A DNA stretch of 63,664 nt from Gnetum montanum (taxonomy: Eukaryota > Plantae > Gnetophyta). The notes beneath the pieces are model-generated. The model saw only the letters and a list, made by a program, of their open reading frames with translations, had not been told where the DNA came from and searched no databases. The translations under genes and the position numbers were made by a program. How positions within the stretch are numbered: position 1 is the stretch's first letter; every line of letters begins with the position of its first letter. Shown piece after piece: positions 1 through 11,527 of this stretch. The stretch is taken from positions 1,083,532-1,147,195 of the forward strand of contig MNCI01001817.1 of the NCBI GenBank assembly GCA_015680685.1, written 5' to 3'.

Positions 1-1400
1 GAGGGCTATGCTGGAAAAACAAATCCACGGCGCCCTGAACGGTCTTGTCGATCAGACAAGGACTTACTAATCAGTAAACTGATGAATATCTCGTGGAACA
101 ATCCGATTCGAGGAATCGCAAAATGAGGGGAAAATGATGTAGACAAATTGTAACGATGATAACACTAAACACGATAAGAAGAGGCTAACACAAGAGAAAC
201 ACGTAGTTTCAAGATCTACGCTTTGACTTGAAAGATGTATATTTTATATGCCTTGTTACACTGGGGAGACCTCGATTACTGGATGTAAAGAAAGCACAAA
301 ACAACAAGGAAACTGTCCAAACGGAAGTCCGGTCTACCTCGTGGGCTAAAGCTGGGATGCAAGGAAGGTCAAGCTCTAACATCTATCAATCAACTGTTTC
401 TGACCAATAGAGCCTGCGAATCGTGCAAGATGATCCCATGATCTTGGATCTGCTTCTTTCACCTTAGGTGGTTTCTGTTTAGGACGGCCAGTGGTTGTTG
501 ATGGAGAAAATTGTGTCTTCCCCAAAGAACGATTACTCTTGTTGCCGATGCTCATGCGAACAACGCTCTGTCTCTGCTGTAAGGTGATACTGTCAACAAT
601 TTCCAAAATGCTACTCTCTGTATCTCTGCTCAAAAGTGATAAGTGCTCCAATGCTCAGAAAATGCCTTTGCTTCTTTGACTTGCCAACCCCTGTATCTTT
701 GTCAACTGGGGTATTTATAGGCTGCGACGCTCTGTGGAAAAGGCACAACCTTGATGACGTGTGTCCCGAATGTTTCAGGTACTGTTGGTTTGACCATTTT
801 TGTGTCAGATTTCATGACTACGCACAATANNNNNNNNNNNNNNNNNNNNNNNNNNNNNNNNNNNNNNNNNNNNNNNNNNNNNNNNNNNNNNNNNNNNNNN
901 NNNNNNNNNNNNNNNNNNNNNNNNNNNNNNNNNNNNNNNNNNNNNNNNNNNNNNNNNNNNNNNNNNNNNNNNNNNNNNNNNNNNNNNNNNNNNNNNNNNN
1001 NNNNNNNNNNNNNNNNNNNNNNNNNNNNNNNNNNNNNNNNNNNNNNNNNNNNNNNNNNNNNNNNNNNNNNNNNNNNNNNNNNNNNNNNNNNNNNNNNNNN
1101 NNNNNNNNNNNNNNNNNNNNNNNNNNNNNNNNNNNNNNNNNNNNNNNNNNNNNNNNNNNNNNNNNNNNNNNNNNNNNNNNNNNNNNNNNNNNNNNNNNNN
1201 NNNNNNNNNNNNNNNNNNNNNNNNNNNNNNNNNNNNNNNNNNNNNNNNNNNNNNNNNNNNNNNNNNNNNNNNNNNNNNNNNNNNNNNNNNNNNNNNNNGT
1301 GTTGCTCTATCTTATTCTCCCATCTGGAATTCTGACATGCGCCCTTGCCTGAATTGCGGATCTTTGCCTGAGGCCGACTCACAATTTTCATGGTGTTTCA
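1..1400 (-). repeat. 3' LTR of element 1 (contains N gap 830-1298; probably starts ~78 bp left of window)
   Basis: Matches 15645-17122; ends ...TGGTGTTTCA (TG start on minus strand), next to the PPT. Confidence 0.93.
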
Positions 1401-1416
1401 ATGGCCCCTCTTTGTT
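1401..1416 (-). other. Polypurine tract of element 1
   Basis: Minus strand AACAAAGAGGGGCCAT immediately before the LTR TG. Confidence 0.75.
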
Positions 1417-2574
1417 GATGGTTGGAGGGCTTGCCCGAAAGACGTCGACAAAGAATATGAAACACCGGATTGGTAAAAGCAAGAACAACGTCCATCCATG
1501 GCTACTCAAGCGTTTCCCTACCAATATGGAAGAACAAAGCTGGAGGGAATGGGAGATAGAATGACATAGTAGGAAACAGGTTCGGGGAAGACGTAAAGTA
1601 AGTCAAGAGGGTAGGAGTATGGAGTACGCTTACTGAATGCATAAAAACGTACGTACATTTATGTCAACAGGAATTCTTTCAGACGAGCGTAGCGCATCAG
1701 CCTGAGATCTCTCTGTCACCGATTATAGCAGGAATGCTTGCAAAAGGAGCACAGCGCATCACTTCTGTGATATCTCTGCTAGTGTGAGTGCAAAAAATGG
1801 ATGCTTGCGTATGTAGCTTTGCGTGCGGGAAGCAGATGGTAGGGATGAAACGAGATAAGAGCTAAGGGTGGGATTATGAGAGGTATAGGCATGCAGATCT
1901 AGGTGGTCGGGCAAACCTGAGCAGCCATTTCGAGACGCTGTTGTTCTTCACCGCTCAGGTGAACGCATCTTTGAACGACATCCTCGAAACAAGTAACCTG
2001 CAACCATAGAAGAAAAAACAGTGGACACCATTGCTCATGCGAATAAGAGGCGAGGTTGTCGAAACGAGCGCCGTTTGATGCGAGAAGGAGCGATTGGGCC
2101 ATGAAGAAGGGGCTGGAGCATGAGGGCGGAGCCTCCAATCCTCACGATTGGCCCAGCACATCTTCGCCAAAAGGCATGAGACACAGTGCAGCTAACTGGT
2201 CGTACAGGGAACCAGCTAGATGAATTTGCGAAGCCGGCGTCCGATAACGATGATCGGCAGGGGTTGCTGAGGTCGCTGTCGTTGAGGATTGCGTCGGGGC
2301 TCCAGCTGGTGAGACTAAACTCTCAGAGGTACCACTGTTGCAGTGGGTGCAGCAGCAGCATCTCCGAGGGATCAGTAAGATGCCTCTTAGCTTATCTGAG
2401 GAATCAGTAGGATGTCGATGAGGTGGCGACGCTGGGACTGTCCCAGTATCCCACCTCGTTTGTCGTGCAGCTGTACAGAGATGATCATGCTCGCTTGATT
2501 TATATGGCAGTAGTCTATGAGTCCTAGTTTTAAGTCCTGGTAGACTATCATTGCTAATTTTAAGTCTTAGCAGC

Positions 2575-3020
2575 CCATGGTCCCAGTTTAAAGTTCGGGC
2601 AGACCGAGAAATGCTAGTTTTACGTCGTAGCGGACGGTGGCATGTCTGATTTATGGTCTCAGTAGACCATGTTGTGGATGTCAGTTTCGTGTCATGACCC
2701 AAGGACAGAGCTACGTTGGTTTTACGTCTCAGCAGACGGCTACTTACCTGTGCTAGTTTAGCGTCGTGGCGGACGTGTGCAAAAGATGCCAGTTTTTCAT
2801 CTTGGCGGACCTGTACAACATTGCCAGTTTTACATCGTAGCGGACGGTTACAACATGCCAGTTTAGCGTCATAGCAGACGAATATTGCCAGTTTAGCGTC
2901 ATGGCGGACGCGTGCAAGGAATGCCAGTTTTACGTCGTAGCAGATGGTGGTTGCCAGTTTAGCGTCGTAGCGGACGTTCAGTGCCAGTTTAGCATCGTGG
3001 TGGACGAGTATTGCCATACC
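2575..3020. repeat. Degenerate 33-40 bp tandem repeat in the 3' UTR of element 1
   Basis: About a dozen units with core GCCAGTTT(T/A)(A/G)CGTCGT(A/G)GCGGACG; generates the spurious repetitive ORF 2142..3032. Confidence 0.9.
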
Positions 3021-3043
3021 TACTGTTGACACCGTAGATGCTG

Positions 3044-3937
3044 CTAAATGTAATACCGCTTCAAATACAGATGATTTACAGGATTTGGTAATTCATTGTC
3101 GTTGACGTCTGCTAACTTGAATGCTCCGTTGCTGTATATGTCAACCGCCAAGAAAGGGCCTTCCCAGTTTGCAGAGAACTTGCCTACTGGTTCACGTACA
3201 GCCTTGAGAACTAGACCTCCTTTCTTGATCGGGCACTGTTGAAGGTTGTGGCGATGTTTCTGTCTCTATTTGTCTTGATACCTTTCAATCATGTCAAGAG
3301 CCTATATCCGTTTTTCTTCTACTAAATCCAGATCCACGATTCGAGACTCGGTATGTTGAGCCTCATTTATAACCATGGAGAGGACCATTCTCAGAGAAGG
3401 AATTTGCAACTTGAGAGGCAACACTGATTCAGACCCGTAAACCAGGCTATAGGGCGTACTACCCGTAGCCGTCATACACGCAGTACGATACGCCCATAGC
3501 ACATAGAGGATCCGTTCGTGCCACCGCCTTTTGTTGTTGTCGAGCATTTTCTTGAGCAGATTGATGATCACTTTGTTCGTTGCTTCAACTTGACCATTCG
3601 CTTGCGGGTAATAGGGGGAGGAAAAAGATTGTCTAATGCCCAGGTTATCACAGAAGGATTTGGTTTCTGTGCTACTAAACTGTGGCCCATTGTCGGTCAC
3701 GATAGTCATCGGGAGACCAAATCTGGTTACTATATTGTCCAGGATAAAATGGCAAATCTGCTGAGATGTGATCTTCCACAGGGGAATAGCCTCTACCCAC
3801 TTTGTAAAATACTCAGTAGCGGTAATAATGAAGCTATGACCTGCGGAAGATTTCGGCGTGACGGGGCCTATGATGTCTAGTCCCCATCGCTGAAATGGCC
3901 ATGTTATCTGCGTTGTATGTAATTCTGTAGGTGACAC
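3044..3937 (-). pseudogene. pol: Integrase core and C-terminus of element 1 (N-terminus in gap)
   Basis: WPFQRWGLDIIGP, TEYFTKWVEA, IVTDNGPQF, YYPQANGQVEATNK; continues past a TAG at 3302 to KFSANWEGPF. Confidence 0.93.
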
Positions 3938-4381
3938 GTGTATGAGATTTGCGTGACGCTGACACGTGTCACANNNNNNNNNNNNNNNNNNNNNNNNNNN
4001 NNNNNNNNNNNNNNNNNNNNNNNNNNNNNNNNNNNNNNNNNNNNNNNNNNNNNNNNNNNNNNNNNNNNNNNNNNNNNNNNNNNNNNNNNNNNNNNNNNNN
4101 NNNNNNNNNNNNNNNNNNNNNNNNNNNNNNNNNNNNNNNNNNNNNNNNNNNNNNNNNNNNNNNNNNNNNNNNNNNNNNNNNNNNNNNNNNNNNNNNNNNN
4201 NNNNNNNNNNNNNNNNNNNNNNNNNNNNNNNNNNNNNNNNNNNNNNNNNNNNNNNNNNNNNNNNNNNNNNNNNNNNNNNNNNNNNNNNNNNNNNNNNNNN
4301 NNNNNNNNNNNNNNNNNNNNNNNNNNNNNNNNNNNNNNNNNNNNNNNNNNNNNNNNNNNNNNNNNNNNNNNNNNNNNNNNN

Positions 4382-4788
4382 CTCAGAAGATCTTTAGCTT
4401 TATCGCAGTAGGGCTGAAAATGTACAGCCTTGCAGGCGTAGACTCCTGTGATCTAATTTATGACAAGCATCGAATCGCCCCTAATCGCCAAGTGTCGAAC
4501 ATTGAGTTCGCTGGCAGTTATTAATCCCCTGAGGAGCCCCTCGTACTCTACCATATTGTTCGTACAGGGGAAGGTCAAGCGATAAGCGGGGAGACACAGG
4601 TCCTTAGGCGATATCGTAATGACCGTGGAAACACTACCACCTCTAGCGGTTGAAGCTCCATCGAAATACAATGTTGCTTCAGGGCCTGTCAATACAGGGC
4701 TTAAACTATGTACATGCTCGTCAGGGAACTCTGGCTCTATAGTTTCCTGATTGTTCATCGGTGAAGTTATTAACTGGTCAGCTATCGC
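4382..4788 (-). pseudogene. pol: Archaeal-type RNase H (aRH) of element 1
   Basis: LYFDGAS...TNNMVEYEGLLRGL...IRGDSMLVIN between RH and INT, the Ogre/Retand arrangement. Confidence 0.9.
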
Positions 4789-6429
4789 CTAGCCTTTCAT
4801 AGATGATTGGCCAATATAGTGCAGATCGAATTTCGCCGTGATAGCCTTCCAGTAAGCTATTTTACTACTCTCGTATAAGTTGTGCGTAATGGCCCTAAGA
4901 ATGTTGTTTTTACAGATGATGTTGACCTTGCTACGGAAAAGATAATGCCTACACTTTTTAAGTGTAAAAACTAATGCTAGGCAATTACGCTCTACGTCGT
5001 TGTACCTCGTTTCGTACGCACATAGAGCATGACTCAAGTAGTAGATGGGCACTTTCGACCCATCATCCCTCCTTTGACAAAGTAATGCGGCTAACGCTAC
5101 GTCCGAAGTTGCGAGGTAAATGTAAAATGGCAAGTCCCTTTGTGGTGGGAAAACCATCGGTAAATGTTGCAGTTCTTGTTTTAAGCTGTCAAACGCACAT
5201 TGGCAATCATCGATCCATTCGAAATTAACCCCTTTTTTCAGCAAGTGTTGCATAGGGTGTAGCTTGTTAGTTAACCTCGAGATGAACCGGCGTATAAATT
5301 GTAAACGTCCCTGTAACCCACGTAATTGCTTGAGGTCTGTAGGAGGCGTTAATTCGACAATGGCTTTGACCTTATCAGGGTCAACTTGTATGCCGGTTTT
5401 CGACACCACAAACCCTAGCATGCGTCCGATTTTGACTCCAAATATGCATTTCTTTGGGTTAAGCCGGAGCTCGTATTTGAAGCATCTTTTAAGGACTAAC
5501 TCCAGGTCACTTGAATGATCCTCAGACTTTAAAGACTTAACAGCTATGTCGTCTACGTAATCATTCAACCTTCCTAGGAGGTAATCGCTGAAGATGTATG
5601 TCATGACTCGTTGATATGTTGCTCCGGCGTTCTTTAGAAAAAAAGGCATCATAGTGTAACAAAAGGTGCCCCAGGGTGTCATGAACGTTATTGTCAATTG
5701 ATGTTCTAGGTTGATTCGAATCTGATTATAGCCTGAAAAACCATCCATGAAGGACAGAAGCGCATGCCCAGCTGTCGTATCGACTAGCTGGTCGATACTC
5801 GGTAGTGGGAAGTTATCCTTGATCGTGGCCTTATTCAAAGCCTGGAAGTCTATGAAAATGCGTATGCTTCTGGTCTTCTTTGGGACAACTACAATGTTAG
5901 ACACCCAATCTGAGTAGTCGACTGCGCGAATGAAACCAGGCTGATACAGTTTAGTGATTTCATCATGCACGGCTAGCACGATCTCTAGCTTGATTTTGCG
6001 TGCCTTTTGCCTAACTGCTTTGATCTGCAGATCTAAGATAATGTTATGCTGGATTAACCTGGGATCTAGTCCAGGCATATCCTCGTATGACCATGCAAAG
6101 ACAGTAATGTTGTCTTGCAGGACCTGTTTTATAGCATCGTGTGTTTTCTGGTCTAGTAAAGAGCTGGCTTTAAGTGTTTTGGCTTCACCCTTATGCGTAA
6201 TGATAGAAACCTCACTGAGGGGGTCTTCGGTTATGTCCCCAGCCTCCAGGTCTAGCATACAAGCCGACTGTTCTGGCCATTCTGGGTACATCTCCGAAGC
6301 GGCTATGGTTACGTCTTCTTAATAGGAGCTAGCGTCTACTAGCGTGGAGTCAAATTGCCTAATTACCTTCCCGTATGGGCCTGTCAAAGTTAGGGGTGCT
6401 GAAAATGTTGCGTCCATTTGCCGTCTGCT
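4789..6429 (-). pseudogene. pol: Reverse transcriptase and RNase H of element 1
   Basis: FAWSYEDMPGLD, LSFMDGFSGYNQI, LKNAGATYQR, YVDD, LRLNPKKC, YLATSD, ETRYNDVE; frame extends upstream to a candidate splice acceptor at 6430. Confidence 0.95.
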
Positions 6430-6683
6430 CTGCAAAACCACCAAGTGTGTGAATGATTAGGAGAAAGGTGATGTGATGTCGTTGAACGTGGAAGGCTAAC
6501 TGAATTTTGAATATTGTAAACAAGCTGTAATCAATGCAACCCGATTACGAGGTGATAAGATGTGGTAGTTTAACATCATTTCGGACAGTGGTGCATGCGA
6601 TATCAGCTGCATTAATATCTTGATTTTCGAGTTTCGTTTTAGGAAAGTCCCGCTGAAATTGGATATCAAGTCGGTGATCCTCA

Positions 6684-6692
6684 CATATAAGT
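6684..6692 (+). promoter_or_regulatory. Candidate TATA box of the antisense cargo gene
   Basis: CATATAAG about 155 bp upstream of ATG 6841. Confidence 0.35.
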
Positions 6693-6840
6693 AAGTAGTT
6701 TTTGATGAGGACAGGTTGTTGGCTATTGTGAATTCGAATTCGTAGCTGTTGCTGAGAGAAGGAAGAGCAGAGGACTAGAGTGTGTGATTTTGCGAAGATT
6801 TGCAAGTGTTAAACTGTGGAAAAATTCTGAAATTGTTGCA

Positions 6841-9800
6841 ATGGCACCAAAAATCAAAAGGAAGAATGCAAAACTGGCCAAAATCGATGAGGTGCAAGAA
6901 AATTTGGAGCGCGTTTCGCAGGCGGTGGTCGATGTTCGTGACCCTACGCCTTTGAACCGGTAGGTCATTCTTTACAGGCTTACGTTTGTTTTAATGTCTA
7001 CTTTTCGTGGTATCTTTTGCGTGAATGTGGATTTCAAATTGTGGACCTCAGGTTAATGTGAGGGTTTGATGGGGTTGCGTCTACCGCCGTTGTCAGGGAC
7101 AAACCTTGCGTTATTGCAAGGGTTTGGGCGATTTCAACCTGGATAACTAGGTGTAGTTTATAAGTTTTCTGTATTAGTCATGCAAATGTAAATGTAGGTG
7201 TTAATGTATGTATTGGGTTTTCTGTACAGCGTTACGCTAAAGCCTGTTCTGATTGTTTTGGATATTGTCGGGGTTTTGTGTTGTGTAAACCCCATCGTCC
7301 CCAATGTCCCTCCCCCGCACACACGGTTGCAAGGGAAGGTCATATGGTTTCGATGGGGTGCGCTGGAGTTTCTGCAGTTCTTGCTACGCAACTATAGCAT
7401 CATTGTGTGGTCTGATTTGTCTGGCGACATCGCCGGTGCCCTTTTAGAGCACCTGCTGGTGGGTTCTGCACAAGGGATTCTGGCCTTTTTGACAGAAGGG
7501 GCCATCGATACGGGTCGTCCCGAGGATCGAGAACTTAGCGCCCGGGGCTTAAGGAGCTTAAACTGGATCTGAGAAATGGCTCAGTTCAGTTGTTATCATG
7601 CATATAACATGATGTTCGTGGCTCGCCATGTCTTGACCTATTTCCAGAACCCACAAGGCACGGTGTACTACGCAGGCAGGTAAGCAAATTTTATCAACTT
7701 TCTATTTTTTGTTGTCGTTATATGTTTGTTATCAATGTGAAATGTAAGAGAAGCCTAGGTGCAAAATGTAAGATAAGCCTACGTTGTATGGTACAGGTTT
7801 TTTATTCATGACAACAGGTTAGTCAGAAATGGAGATGCGTTATCATGGGCCGAAACGACAATAATGGCATTCACCTCAACTAGCAACATGCGCGTTGGTG
7901 TTATTGGGCAGATTGGCTTTGACATGCGTGAGTACCCCACCTGCTATGCTGGGGCTTTTGAGAATTGCCAGAGACTCGGGTGGCTGCACGATGACTGGAC
8001 CTGAGATCCACCCCTTACCTTTGAGGATGTGCAGAGGAACCTTCCACCATTTCCTTTGCCATTTGGACCTGGTGAGGCTGTTATATTGCGTAATATAGTT
8101 GTGAATTGTGGACATTGCGTAATAGTGTTTTGGTTTGACTTGTGTTTCACGCTGTTCAGTTAGGGAATCCCGGGAGATTACCCTTACGATTTCCGGCCGT
8201 GAGGCGAACACTGTACTTTTCTGCTACGGCGACATCAAGGACGCACAGCGCTGGCTCGGCCACTCGGCGGCCCCAGTCATGGTGACCACCAAGATCCGAG
8301 TAGCAGGACTAATGCATCTATTTTTAGCTGCGACTCCTGATGTCCCCGCTAGTGAAATGCTAACCCTGGTCAACTCCTTCAACGAAAAGGCAGAGCGTTT
8401 TTGCACACGTGTACATAACGTACACGTAAGCTTTAAAATTGACGCTCAGCTCTTTGCGGACCTATTCAGCATCCCCTCGGATGGCCTTCCTGTAAGTGAG
8501 AAGGCGAAGAGGAGCCTTGACTTCCAGGATTGGCTGAAGGAGCGGGTAAGGGTCCCAAAGGAGACTAAAGGGTTTCCTTGCAAAAAATTTCAGATGGGCG
8601 TTGCCAAGACACTTTATCCCCTTTTCTGGGCCCGGACTTTCCCCAAAACTCTCTCGCAAGGGAAGTTCCTTTCTGTAGAACAGACCCATATTATGCGAGA
8701 GGTTCTAGAGGAGGGGACCCAGTTCAATTGGGCAAGCTACTTTGCTAAGGGACTGCGCAATGAGATGATCAAGCTTCACAAGAAGCTTGAGTCCCGTTTC
8801 AACGTGCATTATGCCTTCTTCATAGCTTGCCTTCGGTGGTTTGCTGAGTTTCTGGTCATCCAAAGGAATGGGTTCTGGGTGCAGCAAGATCGAGACCAGT
8901 TGTCCAGACCTTGGATTGCCCACATCCTCAACACTACCCATGGGCAGGATCCGTCGGAAGGGATCGGGGAGTCATTGTCTATAATGACCAAGGGTTTGGC
9001 GGTGCCCCAAGTGCAAGGTCTCAACAGCATAGGCGGGATAATGCCTACTTACACCGGCGATGCCTCGCGAGGGAAACGCCTGGCGGAAGAAATTGTAGAA
9101 CCTGCAGCTTAGCGTAAAAGGCTCCGTATAGCTGAGGCCCCTGGGAGTGACGCAGGCCAAGCTGTGGCGGTCAAAGTTCAGCGGAGTAAGCCTCCGCCTG
9201 GTAAGCATGAAGGAATTGTATTACGCAATATTTTTTTTGGATAGTGTGGAATGATATGCTAAGGTGTTGTGATATGACCAATGAGAATTATAGAGGAACT
9301 GACCCCTGAAACAGGGGCAGTAGTATTACATCGTGGGGAGGGGGCCTCAATTTTGGAAGAAGAGGCCCCAGCTGTTAGCATGAGCCATGCACAGGCTCTG
9401 GTGCGTGAGGAGGCCCCAGCTGCTAGCGGGAGCCGTGCATAGGACCGGGTACATGAAGAGGCCCTGGCTACTGGAACCAGTGACGCACAAACTCAAGTGC
9501 CCGAAGAGGAAAAGGAGGTGGAAGATGTTGGCGAAGTTTCCACTGTCACTGGTAGAGGTAATGTGTGTGTTAGCACATTTGCAGGATTCTGTAAATAGAT
9601 GAAGTTTCTAACTGGATTACGCTACAGGAGAAGAGGACATATCCACGTCTGTCGCTGTGAGCAAAGCATGGAGAGACTTCCCTGACAAATTCGCCTTCAT
9701 GGAAGGTGTTGTCAGTGACATGATCGAGCGCCTAGAGCACGTCGAACCTGGAGCTGGTACGTTATGGTTGTAGTAGGTTTGTGATATTACATAGTGGTAA

Positions 9801-10987
9801 TGTGTCTTCAATATTTGATGGTTGTTTCTGTTAGGAGCTTGCCTCCGATGGGATCCCACGGAGCCCATTGATCTGGACACAGTGGAGCCACCATATGATG
9901 AAGCAACCGTGCCACGTCACATTTATGAGGAACTGCGTAAATGTGTGTTACGCTCGACACGCTCCTTATGGGAAAGTAGGGGCGTAAATGAAAATCTATG
10001 GAAAAGGTTGTAGAGGTCAGAGCAGAGGGTTGAGTCTCTGACCAAAGAGGTCAGAGACTTAAGATCACGGTGCGACTTCCTACAGGCATGAGTGACAAGG
10101 GATGAAGACTGGCGTACCGCTGTTGTCGATTACTCCCGGTATTGAACCACCATCAAAAATAGCGTACAGACCAGTCGGGCGTTGGTCGAGCAGCGGATGT
10201 AGATAGAACTCCTAGTCCAGAAAAGCCAAGACTGGAGGGATTATTGTGCAAGCGTTCAAGAATGAGGGCAAAAGGAAAAGGACCACAAACATTTGTATAA
10301 GCGAGAAAGCATCACTTATTGGAAACTTTATCGCGATTCCACCGTCAGGGCCCAATCCTTGGAAGTCTTCCTGGACGTCATCAGAGCTTTCAAGGCCTTC
10401 AAGAGGTTCGAGGAGTAGGTGACTGTAAGTGCGTCCCCGGAAAGGGCGATGACTCTCCCTAGGGATCAGGCTATAATCCCTACTTTCTTCCCGGACCCAC
10501 CTTGCTGGAGCAGCATGGAAAAAGAGAAAGTGAAGGCCGGAGCTGCCTTGGGAGAGGATGTATGGCTAGATCTAACGGAGGAAGAGATTATGAAGCACCT
10601 GTGGGCTGGCCTGGACAAGCTTCCCTTTGCTGCGAAAGCAGGGCTGTCGCAAGTAAGTTTATGCATGAATTAGTTTGCATTTTCTAATTATGATGTTAAG
10701 CCTTGTGTAGCTAATGTGCTTACTATACTTAGGTACCAACTGAAGATAGGGAAGGCGAACAAGCTGAGGGTCCAGTAGAGGAAGTAGTAGAAGTAGAGGA
10801 AGAGGAAGAACGCAATGATGAAGAGTGCCCCCCAGTGGAGCCGGTGCAGGAACAAGGACCCCGTGAAGTGGAAATTCTTCGTAAAAGAATAATTCGGAGG
10901 GATGACGACCCACTAGAGGACGATCCACTAGGGCTGGATCTGGATTTAAGAGATACAGGTGACAGCGGCAGTAGAGGAAATGCGTAA
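6841..10987 (+). pseudogene. Antisense 8-exon cargo gene of element 1 (~1116 aa): NLS, FCP1/NIF-like degenerate phosphatase, plant-transposon/PMD-like domain, coiled coil, acidic tail
   Basis: Exons 6841-6959, 7230-7679, 7797-8071, 8160-9200, 9294-9557, 9628-9756, 9835-10652, 10733-10987; all GT-AG, phases 2,2,1,1,1,1,0 consistent; 3351 nt, no frameshift; internal stops are only TAG/TGA; homologous copy at 18940-25565. The exon 5 acceptor is the least certain boundary. Confidence 0.85.
7230..7679 (+). pseudogene. Exon 2: FCP1/SCP/NIF-family HAD phosphatase-like domain
   Basis: KPVLIVLDIVGVL (cf. KLLVLDL(D/N)xxL), WFRWGALEFLQFLLRNYSIIVWS (cf. RPxxxEFL...F/Y.V.xWS), LNWI*...YHAYNMMFV...FQNPQGT (cf. 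L..LW...Y...NTLLLDD....NP..T). Confidence 0.7.
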
Positions 10988-11177
10988 TTGTGGTTTATGC
11001 ATAGTTTTATTGATGGTAAAGTGAAGTATTGTTTTAGGAATGATTGAAAAGATGCGTTATAAGACCTGGTGGATGTGTCAAATGTCAATTATTTTGTCTT
11101 TTTTGGCTTTTATGCTTTTACAGTGTGAACATAATTATTAAAGATTTCTCCTAAGTTATGATGATAGAATGTAATGA

Positions 11178-11305
11178 CTAGTTTAAGGCCGTTGTGGGCC
11201 AGATGCGTAATGTAGAGAAAGCATAAATGATGATAATGCATAATTCTGGGTAACTAGTTTAAGGCCGTTGCGGGCCATGGCTAGTTTAAGGCCGTTGCGG
11301 GCCAA
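11178..11305. repeat. Three copies of CTAGTTTAAGGCCGTTG(C/T)GGGCC downstream of the cargo gene
   Basis: Copies near 11178, 11254 and 11281. Confidence 0.85.
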
Positions 11306-11527
11306 CTACGTAATACAGCAAGCGTACTGGTACAAAATTTTGCGTAATTATGCTAAAGTGATCAGGAAATGTGAATATCACGCGTACAAAAAAAGATAAC
11401 AGTGTGAAGATTAATGACAAGCGTAAGAACCGAAAACGAAAGTAGCGTGAAAATGCATGAAATAAAATTGCTAAGTAATAAACATGATAACTCGCTAAGA
11501 CATGATAATGTACACAAGGACCATCAT

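Noticed and set aside
20-37. CACGGCGCCCTG as a PBS
   Set aside because: Lies inside both LTR copies; the tRNA-Asn match at 15543-15560 is much better
636-1391. Long ORFs across N runs (also 3938-4524, 11920-12136, 58005-58697)
   Set aside because: Assembly gaps translated as X; not evidence of coding
2142-3032. 296 aa ORF with repeated HDAKLA units, and the repeat array as a CRISPR
   Set aside because: Translation of a UTR tandem repeat; no unique spacers, no cas genes, eukaryotic context
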